In this document: positions 42,645 through 61,001 of the stretch, in pieces
Position numbering within the stretch: position 1 is the stretch's first letter
Layout of the letters: each line of letters starts with the position of its first letter
NCBI GenBank assembly: GCA_000004695.1
Contig: CM000151.3
Coordinates: forward strand, 6,720,001 to 6,784,000
Direction of reading: 5' to 3'
Source of the DNA: Dictyostelium discoideum
Taxonomy: Eukaryota
DNA length: 64,000 nt
Made by a program: the position numbers and the translations under genes
Notes under the pieces: generated by a model
Databases searched by the model: none
What the model was told of the DNA's origin: nothing
What the model saw: the letters and a program-made list of their open reading frames with translations, nothing else

Positions 42645-43232
42645 AAAAAATAAAATAAAATAAAATAAAAATTAAAATAAGTGTTCTTCCACACATTTCT
42701 GCATATTTTTCCATTTAAAAGTTTTTTTTTTTTTTTTTGATACCACAAAAATTGCAAATAAAAAAAAATATTTGGATTTAATCAGCAGTGCACTAAAAAT
42801 AAAACAAATCAAGCAGTTGGGATCCAAAAAAAAAAAAAAAAAAAAAAAAAATTTTTATTTTATTTTTTTTGATTTTTTTTTTTTTTTTCAATTTATTTTT
42901 AAATTTAATATCCTGGCCATATAAAGTTTTTTTTTTTTTTTTTTTCATTCACACACAAACCTTTTTTTTTTTTTTTTTTTTGTTTTTTCAATTATTAAAT
43001 TTATTTATTATAATAATAAAAATAAAATAAATAAAATAAAAAAAGATATATTAAAATTTCATATTTTTTTTTTTATTTTAATTTTTTAAAAAAAAAAAAA
43101 TTTATTCGGTACCACAAACAAAAAAAAAATAAAAATAAAAATAAAAATAACAAAGATAAACACCCACACACACACACAACACACTTTTATAAACATATAG
43201 ATAATTATTGAATTCAATAGTATAAATAAAAA

Positions 43233-45975
<2,743 letters not shown>

Positions 45976-46971
45976 ATTTTAAATAACAATAACCAATAAA
46001 TAAAATAAAAAAAATAAAATAAAATAAAATAAAATAAAATAAAATAAAAATAAATCATATCAAATAAAATAAACATTAAATCATATAAAAAAAAAATAAA
46101 AAATATATAAATAAAAAAATAAAATTAAAACTTTTAAACAAAAAAAAAAAAAAAATATTTGTAAAAATTTTTTGGATGGGAAAAAAAAAATATATAAATA
46201 ATAAAAAATGTTTATATATTTTTTTTTTCCCATCCAAAAAATATTGAAATTTTTTTTTAATTTTTTTTGTAACTCATTTTATTTTGTTTATTTTTTATTT
46301 GATGTGATTTATTTTGTTTTATTTTAATCCAAAACCTATATTAAATTATAAAAAAAAAAAATTTCCAACTTTTTTGTTCATTCACAAAAACATTCTTGAT
46401 TAAAAAATATTTTATTCTTTTTTTTTGTAAGTCTCTTAGAAAACTCCAATCGAATTTTGCTATTTTAGGGAAAGCTGAGACCATTATCAATAATCTTTTA
46501 TTGATACTTTTCAAATATTTTAAATATTGGATAGGTAATTAGTTTTCTAATATGGTTACTGCTATTCATTTTTAAAATATAACAGAAGTGGTATGCCCTA
46601 GAATGACTTGAAGAATTTATATTTTATTTATAATTTGATTTATATATTTATTTTATTTAACTTTATTAATTTAATTAATTTAATATTAATTTATTTTTTT
46701 AATTTTAATTATATATTTATAATAAAACTAACCAAAGTATCTTCTAATGAAACTAACATTTATTCTATATAAAATGAGTTGACATAATTTTCCAAAAGAG
46801 ATTAATTAAAATAATATACTAATTTGGAAAATATTTTAATTTTATATTAATTAATGAATATCTAATTTAATAATATAAATTTTCTAATAAACTATTAAAA
46901 TAGTTTAGAAATAATTATAAAAAATTATTGTAACGAACGACTACTGCTTTCGTAACAAAAATTTCCATCAA

Positions 46972-47045
46972 GCCTTAGTAGCTCAGTTGGTACGAGCGTG
47001 AGACTGAAGATCTTAAGGTCGCTGGTTCGATCCCGGCCTGAGGCA
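46972..47045 (+). tRNA. tRNA-Phe (anticodon GAA)
   Basis: GCCTTAGTAGCTCAGTTGGTACGAGCGTGAGACTGAAGATCTTAAGGTCGCTGGTTCGATCCCGGCCTGAGGCA. Acceptor GCCTTAG/CTGAGGC. Anticodon stem TGAGA/TCTTA with loop CTGAAGA. T-loop GGTTCGATCC. A T5 run follows. Confidence 0.85.
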
Positions 47046-47312
47046 ATTTTTATGATTTTCTATTAAATTTGTTGAATTGGATAGCGCCTTCCAATAAACC
47101 CTTACATCCCATCCACCCCTAAGACACCTGTCAATAAAGAAAAAAAAACCGCACCGCGATCAAGAGGATACAAGATACACGTGAAAAGTAATTCATCCTT
47201 TTCTATCCTTAATCTCGGTCAATTTTAACCAATCTTTCAAAAAAAATCACCAATCCACCACGATCTACAGATCTAACTTACCAAATCGCCGATTCAAAGG
47301 AATCCCATCGAG

Positions 47313-48566
47313 ATGAATTCCTACGCAGACGCGGCTAAAATGGCCAACCCCTCCACCCATATGGACGAGGCATCAGAGAACTTCATTAAGGAATTCTCCA
47401 CAAAAACAGCAGAGATAAAGGAGACCTACCCCAAATTATCAATAGGCCTCAAAGACATCTCCAAATACTGCGAGACCATATTGAACATGACTGCTCTCTC
47501 AACCTACGAGAAAAACAACGGATTCTACCCAATTACACTCGAATTCCCCAAAATGGATCTCATGGGGTTAGAAGAAATGAGAAAAACACTCTCAAACTAC
47601 GATATCCCAATCGACAAGATATACATAGGCAAAGGAACTAGAAAAACGATCCACCTGATGATTAAAAACGAACAATCTCTCCTAAATATCATTAGAGATA
47701 GAAGCAAATTGGGAACCTTCATCACCTCCAGTAGAGACTACCACGTCCTCACAGGAAGAGTAAGAATTCCAAGAGAAAAGGCAGGAATAGTGGACGCCCT
47801 CATCAAAACTGCCTTTGCAGAAGAAATACCCTATGCAATATACCATACTATATACTCCACCGACCACCTCCTAGTATTCGGTCTAATAGAATGCAAAATA
47901 GGCGATCAAATGAAATCTGGCCAACACAATACAGAAATCGCCAACTTTACCATCAGAACGGCCACCAAAACCTACTCCTCACAAAAGAAAAATAAGAAAG
48001 TAGAGTCAAACAACACGGAAGAACCATTAGAAGATGAGATGACAGATGATCCTCCCAACATCCAAAACAGGATAGCAATCAAATCCTCTCAACCAAAACC
48101 ACAACAACAAACATACAACCCAGCAAACAATAAGTCTGATAAACAATCAACCCAAGAGAAAAAAGCCCAATCAAAAAAGTCCTCTCAACCTCTTCCCCCC
48201 AAAAACCAAGCAGAATCTCAATCTGTCAAACCCACCACAACCACTACCACAACATCCAACGCCATCCAAAAAGACAATGCCAACAAAACGAGCACTAACA
48301 TCCATTCATCCTCGGAAAACAGAGAGAAGACACCAAACATCCCTCCATCACATAAACGCAAGAACGAGGAAATCCACTCAAACAACGAGGTCACCCAACT
48401 CTCACCAACAATAAACAGAAGCAACCCTTACATCCCATCCACCCCTAAGACACCTGTCAATAAAGAAAGGAAAGGAATCATTGAGAGCTTCATAGAGAGT
48501 ATCTACCCTTCACCATCCAAACCGCAGCTATACGACTCCCAAGAGGAGATCGATATCATCTCATAA
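47313..48566 (+). CDS. Retrotransposon ORF1 protein (417 aa, Ser/Thr/Gln-rich C-terminus)
   Basis: Single ORF immediately upstream of, and overlapping, the endonuclease-type ORF2 start. Present in two copies in the window. Confidence 0.55.
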   Translation: MNSYADAAKMANPSTHMDEASENFIKEFSTKTAEIKETYPKLSIGLKDISKYCETILNMTALSTYEKNNGFYPITLEFPKMDLMGLEEMRKTLSNYDIPIDKIYIGKGTRKTIHLMIKNEQSLLNIIRDRSKLGTFITSSRDYHVLTGRVRIPREKAGIVDALIKTAFAEEIPYAIYHTIYSTDHLLVFGLIECKIGDQMKSGQHNTEIANFTIRTATKTYSSQKKNKKVESNNTEEPLEDEMTDDPPNIQNRIAIKSSQPKPQQQTYNPANNKSDKQSTQEKKAQSKKSSQPLPPKNQAESQSVKPTTTTTTTSNAIQKDNANKTSTNIHSSSENREKTPNIPPSHKRKNEEIHSNNEVTQLSPTINRSNPYIPSTPKTPVNKERKGIIESFIESIYPSPSKPQLYDSQEEIDIIS

Positions 48567-48698
48567 TGGTAGTAATCAAAATCAACCAATGGAATGTCAG
48601 AGGTTGGGGCACTGACACCTCCTTCAAAAACAAAACAGACTTTATCAAATCCCAATCCCCCCCAAACTCATTGGCAATAACCATAGTCAATGAACTCA
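48566..48698 (+). CDS. Retrotransposon ORF2 N-terminus (endonuclease start), truncated by the N-gap
   Basis: MVVIKINQWNVRGWGTDTSFKNKTDFIKSQSPPNSLAITIVNEL, then Ns. Confidence 0.5.
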
Positions 48699-48798
48699 NN
48701 NNNNNNNNNNNNNNNNNNNNNNNNNNNNNNNNNNNNNNNNNNNNNNNNNNNNNNNNNNNNNNNNNNNNNNNNNNNNNNNNNNNNNNNNNNNNNNNNNN
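48699..48798. other. Assembly gap (100 N)
   Basis: Run of n characters. Confidence 1.
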
Positions 48799-48833
48799 CG
48801 CCAGTGTGATGGATATCTGCAGAATTCGCCCTT
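48799..48833. other. Cloning-vector contamination: pCR2.1/pCR-TOPO polylinker (CGCCAGTGTGATGGATATCTGCAGAATTCGCCCTT) abutting the gap, followed immediately by insert sequence
   Basis: The string GCCAGTGTGATGGATATCTGCAGAATTCGCCCTT (EcoRV and EcoRI sites, ending at the TOPO GCCCTT junction) is the standard TA/TOPO vector sequence flanking inserts. It is G+C-rich and unlike the host DNA. Confidence 0.85.
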
Positions 48834-50388
48834 GCTGGTAGTGCGTGGGCGTTGAGTTCATTGACTATGGTTATTGCCAATGAGTTTGGGGGGGATTGGG
48901 ATTTGATAAAGTCTGTTTTGTTTTTGAAGGAGGTGTCAGTGCCCCAACCTCTGACATTCCATTGGTTGATTTTGATTACTACCATTATGAGATGATATCG
49001 ATCTCCTCTTGGGAGTCGTATAGCTGCGGTTTGGATGGTGAAGGGTAGATACTCTCTATGAAGCTCTCAATGATTCCTTTCCTTTCTTTATTGACAGGTG
49101 TCTTAGGGGTGGATGGGATGTAAGGGTTGCTTCTGTTTATTGTTGGTGAGAGTTGGTTGACTTCATTGTTTGAGTGGATTTCCTCGTTCTTGCGTTTATG
49201 TGATGGAGGGATGTTTAGTGTCTTCTCTCTGTTTTCCGAGGATGAATGGATGTTAGTGCTCGTTTTGTTGGCATTGTCTTTTTGGATGGCGTTGGATGTT
49301 GTGGTAGTGGTTGTGGTGGGTTTGACAGATTGAGATTCTGCTGGGTTTTTGGGGGAAGAGGTAGAGATGACTTTTTTGCTTGGGCTTTTTTCTCTTGGGT
49401 TGATTGTTTATCAGACTGATTGTTTGCTGGGTTGTTTGTTTGTTGTTGTGGTTTTGGTTGAGAGGATTTGATTGCTATCCTGTTTTGGGTGTAAGGAGGA
49501 TCTGTCATCTCATCTTCTAATGGTTCCTCCGTGTTGTTTGTCTCTACTTTCTTGTTTTTCTTTTGTGAGGAGTAGGTTTTGGTGGCCGTTCTGATGGTAA
49601 AGTTTGCGATTTCTGTAATGTGTTGGCCAGATTTCATTTGATCGCCAATTTTGCATTCTATTAGACCGAATACTATGAGGTGGTCGGTGGAGTATATAGT
49701 ATTGTATATTGCATAGGGTATTTCTTCTGCAAAGGCAGTTTTGATGAGGGCGTCCACTATTCCTGCCTTTTCTCTGGGAATTCTTACTCTTCCTGTGAGG
49801 ACGTGGAAGTCTCTACTGGAGGTGATGAAGGTTCCCAATTTGCTTCTATCTCTAATGATATTTATGAGAGATTGTTCGTTTTTGATCATCAGGTGGATCG
49901 TTTTTCTAGTTCCTTTGCCTATGTATATCTTGTCGATTGGGATATCGTAGTTTGAGAGTGTTTTTCTCATTTCTTCTAACCCCTTGAGATCCATTTTGGG
50001 GAATTCGAGTGTAATTGGGTAGAATCCGTTGTTCTTCTCGTAGCAGTCATGTTCAATATGGTCTCGCAGTATTTGGAGATGTCTTTGAGGCCTATTGATA
50101 GTTTGGGGTAGGTCTCCTTTATCTCTGCTGTTTTTGTGGAGAATTCTTTAATGAAGTTCTCCGATGCCTCGTCCATATGGGTGGAGGGGTTGGCCATTTT
50201 AGCCGCGTCTGCGTAGGAATTCATCTCGATGGGATTCCTTTGAATCGGCGATTTGGTAAGTTAGATCTGTAGATCGTGGTGGATTGGTGATTTTTTTTGA
50301 AAGATTGGTTAAAATTGACCGAGATTAAGGATAGAAAAGGATGAATTACTTTTCACGTGTATCTTGTATCCTCTTGATCGCGGTACGG
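48834..50388 (-). mobile_element. Inverted second copy of the TRE-type retrotransposon 5' region (5' UTR 50388..50225, ORF1, ORF2 start); a few substitutions relative to the left copy
   Basis: Reverse complement of 47149..48698 with a handful of mismatches. Extends 18 nt further into ORF2 (..NELNAHALPA) before hitting the vector. Confidence 0.6.
49215..50224 (-). pseudogene. Second ORF1 copy, disrupted by a frameshift near 49985 (split into 82-aa and 259-aa ORFs)
   Basis: Left copy reads NMTALSTYEKNNGFYPITLEFPKMDLMGLEEM. Right copy reads NMTATRRTTDSTQLHSNSPKWISRG* and then restarts at MDLKGLEEM. This could be a sequencing error in a single-clone gap-filling read. Confidence 0.5.
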
Positions 50389-50442
50389 TTTTTGTTTTTT
50401 TTTTTTTTTTTACCTAAAAGTGGTGTAGGAGCAATTACATAG

Positions 50443-50518
50443 TTGAAAAAAGGAATTGAAAAAAGGGATTGAAAAAAGGAATTGAAAAAAGGAATTGAAA
50501 AAAGGAATTTTTTTTTTT
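50443..50518. repeat. Tandem array of a 13-bp unit (ggaattgaaaaaa), ~5 copies, adjacent to a T-run
   Basis: Direct reading. Confidence 0.8.
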
Positions 50519-50627
50519 TTTTTTTTTTACCTGTGATCAGACCTTCAAGGAATGTCCTTGTGTCTTTTCGGCGGTGTTTGTTAAACGATTTTATTTTTAT
50601 TATTCAATTGTATTAAATTTTTTAAAC

Positions 50628-50663
<36 letters not shown>

Positions 50664-50782
50664 ACTACTACTTAAATTGGAAGAGGGTTCGGAACTACTG
50701 GGGTTTGCCAGGCTTTGTTGAATTTGTATTTGTGAAGATCTTGATTGGTGTTTTTTAGTATTGCTTCGTCGTGTTTGATTTT

Positions 50783-51247
50783 CTATAGTGTGATGAATTT
50801 TTCAGTTTCGATGAGATTTAGTAATTCTGTTTCTATGACCTTTTGCTCGAATTTTGGCTCTGGTTTGCTTTCATCAGTGTTGAACAATTTTTGACAGATT
50901 ATCTTCCATAATTGGTGTGCTATTATTCCTATGAGATTGGGGAAGATTCTCTCAGTTCTGTTATATTTTGATATGTCTAAGGTATCCATTGACCATCTGT
51001 GGATTTTGATGAATGATAATTTGTTAACTGTTGATATGATGGTTTTTTCAATATCTAGGATATCTCGGCATAGAGTGAAGAGGTGAGAATAAGGGTCTCT
51101 GAATAGGTGGCCACAGATCTTGCATCTGGTGTCTCTTTCGTGGTTGATACCTGGAAGTGATCTTGAGAAGAAGGTGTTTCTACCTTTTTGGTGAGAAATG
51201 CTGTTGATGTTTATGAATACTTTGGGTATTGCTGTGTTGTATCTCAC
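50783..51247 (-). mobile_element. C-terminal fragment of a non-LTR retrotransposon ORF2 (Cys-His motif CKICGHLFRDPYSHLFTLC) with a 3' UTR and oligo(A) tail (to ~50520), bracketed by 13-bp tandem arrays
   Basis: A C-x2-C-x12-H-x4-C motif at the extreme ORF2 C-terminus is typical of non-LTR elements. The minus strand ends in a long A-run at 50540..50521. Confidence 0.5.
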
Positions 51248-51250
51248 CGA

Positions 51251-51330
51251 TTGAAAAAAGGAATTGAAAAAAGGAATTGAAAAAAGGAATTGAAAAAAGG
51301 AATTGAAAAAAGGAATTGAAAAAAGGAATT
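51251..51330. repeat. Tandem array of the 13-bp unit (ggaattgaaaaaa), ~6 copies
   Basis: Direct reading. Confidence 0.8.
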
Positions 51331-51360
51331 TTTTTTTTTTTTTTACCTAAAAGCGGTATA

Positions 51361-51540
51361 AATTGAAAAAAGGAATTGAAAAAAGGAATTGAAAAAAGGA
51401 ATTGAAAAAAGGAATTGAAAAAAGGAATTGAAAAAAGGAATTGAAAAAAGGAATTGAAAAAAGGAATTGAAAAAAGGAATTGAAAAAAGGAATTGAAAAA
51501 AGGAATTGAAAAAAGGAATTGAAAAAAGGAATTGAAAAAA
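51361..51540. repeat. Tandem array of the 13-bp unit (ggaattgaaaaaa), ~14 copies, ending 2 bp from tRNA-Pro
   Basis: Direct reading. Confidence 0.8.
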
Positions 51541-51542
51541 GT

Positions 51543-51614
51543 GGGGAGATCCGAGAATCGAACTCAGGACGCTACCACCCAAAGGTAGCATTATACCACT
51601 TAACTAATCTCCCA
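51543..51614 (-). tRNA. tRNA-Pro (anticodon UGG)
   Basis: Reverse complement reads GGGAGATTAGTTAAGTGGTATAATGCTACCTTTGGGTGGTAGCGTCCTGAGTTCGATTCTCGGATCTCCCC. Acceptor GGGAGAT/ATCTCCC. Anticodon stem CTACC/GGTAG with loop TTTGGGT (U33, UGG, G37). T-loop GTTCGATTC. Confidence 0.75.
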
Positions 51615-51685
51615 TTTTGGAATTTTTGAATTTTAATATCTAATATTATTCCTTTAATCTTTTACGATTGTGAATTATAAAAATT

Positions 51686-51759
51686 TGCCTCAGGCCGGGA
51701 TCGAACCAGCGACCTTAAGATCTTCAGTCTCACGCTCGTACCAACTGAGCTACTAAGGC
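51686..51759 (-). tRNA. tRNA-Phe (anticodon GAA), second copy, inverted relative to 46972..47045
   Basis: Exact reverse complement of the tRNA-Phe sequence at 46972..47045. Confidence 0.85.
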
Positions 51760-52072
51760 TTGATGAAATTTTTATTTTTTATACTTAATAAGGGTTCGAG
51801 TAATTTTTTTAAAAATATCGAGATTCAAATGAAATTAAAGGATTTCAATAGCATCCTATTTTTTTTTTTTTTACATATAATTTCAACACAAGAGAAAATA
51901 AAAAAAATGGTTCTTTTTCCCCACAATTAAAAAATTTGATGAACATGAATAAAGGATTAGAAGAAAATTAATTTTTTAAAGCCAATTTAAATTTATTAAT
52001 AATGCATTAATAACTTTTTATTTCTCGAACCATTGATTAAGGGTAAAAAAAATTAAAAAATAAAAAAAAGTA

Positions 52073-52075
<3 letters not shown>

Positions 52076-52132
<57 letters not shown>

Positions 52133-52135
52133 TTA
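52076..52135. repeat. (ATT)n microsatellite downstream of the HECT gene
   Basis: Direct reading. Confidence 0.8.
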
Positions 52136-52154
52136 TAGTAAAGTTTTTTTTAAA

Positions 52155-57982
<5,828 letters not shown>

Positions 57983-58048
57983 TTATAAATGTATATATGT
58001 ATATATATATATATTATTTTTTTTTTTTTTTTTTTTTTTTATTATTCT

Positions 58049-58087
<39 letters not shown>

Positions 58088-58159
58088 TAAATATGACTTA
58101 AAATTATTTATGTTAAATATTTAAACTGTGGATTATGATAAAAATGATAAAAAAAAAAA

Positions 58160-58194
<35 letters not shown>

Positions 58195-58378
58195 CGAGAC
58201 CAAATTTGTAACCGTGTTCAAAACTATTCTACGTGGTCTTAAGCCTACTTTTTTTTTTTTTTTTTTTTTAATTTCTCTATCCCAAAAATATCAATCTAAT
58301 TTTTTTTTCAGCATTCGATTTGTTTTTATAAAAAGTGGGAGAATAAAAAAAAAAAATAAAAATAAAAACTAAAAATAA

Positions 58379-58412
<34 letters not shown>

Positions 58413-58443
58413 AAAAGAAATTAATTTAAAAATAAAAAAAAAT

Positions 58444-58479
<36 letters not shown>

Positions 58480-58626
58480 AAATTTTTAGAAAAGTTTCCA
58501 AACCAACCCAAATTATAAGAGATTGAACAAATATAATAAAAAAAAAAAACAAATAAAAAAAAAAAAGATTATAAACTTTTTTTTTTTTTATTTTTTTTTT
58601 TTTTATAATTTAAAATATTTGGATGA

Positions 58627-60280
58627 ATGAATAAATTTCTACTGAAAAGAGAACTTGGTATATGTAATGAAAGAAGAGAAATAATTGATGAAATTAAAAG
58701 AAGTATAAGACATCTCGATTTATCAGTATATAAACAAATTATAAACTATAATAAAGGTCCTATCAATCATTTAGATATTGATGTTGCTGAAAATAGATAG
58801 TAATGTATAATAATATATTTAATATTAAAATTTTAAATTTATTTTAAAAATAAAATTTTTCTAACTATTTTCTTTTTTTTTTTTTTTTCTCTCTGTCATA
58901 TATATATATAGTTTATTATCTGTTAGTGGTGATGGAATAATACAAATTTATGATTTATTTGAAAATTTATTAAATAATAAAAAAAATAATGAAATTAAAA
59001 CAGAATTTCAACCAATATTAAAAATAAATAGAAAAAGTAATAATAATAATAATAATAATAATAGTAATAGTGAAGGTATTTTATTAAAAGGTATATCAAG
59101 TGTTCAATGGTACCCAATTGATACAGGAATATTTTTTATTGGTGGTGTTAATGGTAATGTTGAAGTATGGGATACTAATCTTGGACAAGTTTCACAAACA
59201 TTTTATCTTGAGAATTGTGTAAATTCAATATCCTACTCTCAAGTTAATTGTACCAATTTATTAATTGCCGCTGCAACAACTGATCCAAAAGTTAGACTAT
59301 GTGATATGCGTACAAACTCTTCCGTTCATTGTTTAACAGGTCATCGTGAAAGTGTACTCTCAATTAAGTGGTCACCTTTCTCTCCAAATTTAATTGCAAC
59401 CGCTTCAAAAGATAAAACAATTAGATTATGGGATATACGTAGAGGTGATACATTTCTATTTGCTTTAGATCAATATAATGGTAGTGGTATTGGTATTGGT
59501 GTTGGTGGTGGTAGTGGTGGTGAAAGTAATGATGATGTTGGTAATGATATTGGTGGTGGTAATAAGAATGATTTAAAGCAATCAAAAAGGTATAGACAAA
59601 AATTACATAAACCTAAATCACTTCAAACCAGTAGTAGTTCAATTATTGAGAAAAGAAATATTGGTGGTGGTGGTGGTGGTATTGGTGGATCAGCTAATTT
59701 AACATTGAAAAAAGAGGTACCAACTGCTCATAATGGTACAATCACATCAATTGCTTGGACACCCGATGGTAATTATTTAGTTAGTACAGGAGCTGATAGT
59801 AAAATTAGATTATGGGATATTCAAAAAGGTGGTGCAAATACAATGATCAATTATCCAAATGCTCACAATGTTCACAAAATACCAAATCAAATTTGTTTAT
59901 CTACCAATGGTCAATATCTATTTCATCCAAATGGTAGAGCGATTCATGTTTATGAAACTGCAACAGGTAATTTAGTACGTCAATTAAAAGGTCATTTTGA
60001 AAAAGTCAATTGTTGTGTTTTTAATCATTGTGATCAAGCTTTAATCTCTGGTTCAAATGATAGATTAACTTTGTATTGGGATAATTCAAATGATGATCAA
60101 ATTGATGATCAACAATTTTTAAATGAAGAAAAACAAAATAATCAAAATAATGATGATGATAATAATAATTTTCAAGTTACTACTAATACAACAACTAAAA
60201 CTTCAACAACAACAACAACATCAACAACAATATCTCCTCCGACAACTTTAGAAGATGTTGATAATTGGAGTGATGATTAG
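58627..60280 (+). CDS. Cockayne syndrome A (CSA/ERCC8) WD40-repeat protein orthologue; 2 exons (58627..58799, 58912..60280), ~513 aa, with Gly-rich and Asn/Thr-rich insertions
   Basis: A phase-2 TA|GTAATG donor and TATAG acceptor splice to give '...NKGPINHLDIDVAENRYLLSVSGDGIIQIYDLFEN', parallel to human CSA '[34 protein letters not shown]'. Further blocks: VQWYP.DTG.F, KVRLCDMR..S..H.L.GHR..VL...WSP, ATAS.D...RLWD.RR, TAHNG.I......DG..L...GAD...RLW, K.NCCVF. Confidence 0.8.
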
Positions 60281-60464
60281 TGAAAAAAAAAAAATTAAAA
60301 AATTAAAAAATTAAATTTATAAAAAAAAAAAAAAAAAGCGGTGTCGAATAATTCAATTTCATTTTTTGAATAAAAAAAAATATCACGACTAAAACAAAAA
60401 AAAAAAATAAATAAAAATAAAAATTAAAATTAAAATTTCGACTTCCATCCATTTTTTTATTTTT

Positions 60465-60502
<38 letters not shown>

Positions 60503-60753
60503 CAATTTTCAAAAAAAAAGTAAACTGAAAATTCCAAATGTTTCAAAAAAATAAAAAAAATAAAAAAAAAATATTTTTTGAAAAAAAAAAAAAAAATTAA
60601 AACAAAAAAGAAAAAGAAAAGGAAAATAAAAAAAAAATTAAAACAAAAATCGATTCTAATTGTTCTATTTTTTTCTTTTCTTTTTTTTCTTTTTTTTTTT
60701 TTTTTTTTTTTCATTAAATGGTATTGTAATAGTACCAAGTTATATTATTACAA

Positions 60754-60786
<33 letters not shown>

Positions 60787-60882
60787 CAAAACAAAAAAAA
60801 AAAAATTAAATAAATTATATACAAAAAAAAATAAAGAAAAAAAAAAAAAAAAGTATTTTCATTTTAATATATAAAAATTAAA

Positions 60883-60954
60883 ATGTCAAATAATAATTAT
60901 AATAAAATACAAAGCCAATCATCAGGCAAGCGGAGATTTTTACAAGAAATACGT

Positions 60955-61001
<47 letters not shown>

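Larger units (their letters stand above)
47096..48698 (+). mobile_element. 5' portion of a non-LTR retrotransposon of the Dictyostelium tRNA-gene-targeted (TRE) type, beginning ~50-100 bp downstream of tRNA-Phe: 5' UTR, ORF1 and the first 44 codons of ORF2. Truncated by an assembly gap
   Basis: ORF1 stop and ORF2 start overlap (TAATG). ORF2 begins 'MVVIKINQWNVRGW', an APE-type endonuclease N-terminus typical of non-LTR elements. A near-identical inverted copy lies at 48834..50388. Segment 47096..47146 duplicates ORF1 codons at 48422..48472 and is followed by an A-run, suggesting a nested 3' fragment. Confidence 0.6.

Noticed and set aside
47075-47085. Possible ex-B box (tGTTGAATtGG) 30 bp downstream of tRNA-Phe(+).
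   Set aside because: Only 7-8 of 11 positions match the B-box consensus, which is too degenerate to call.
48566-48985. ORFs 48566..48841+, 48556..48861- and 48668..48985- spanning the N-run.
   Set aside because: They read through 100 Ns and cloning-vector sequence. Only the first ~44 codons of each arm (retrotransposon ORF2 start) are biological.
47149-50388. The large inverted repeat as a genuine biological palindrome or hairpin-forming locus.
   Set aside because: Its centre is an assembly gap plus TOPO vector sequence, and one arm carries a frameshift. An untrimmed gap-closure clone explains it more simply. The tRNA-Phe duplication itself may still be real.
50443-51540. 13-bp direct repeats as a CRISPR-like array.
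   Set aside because: The host is eukaryotic. Units are contiguous with no spacers, and they are associated with retroelement oligo(A) ends.
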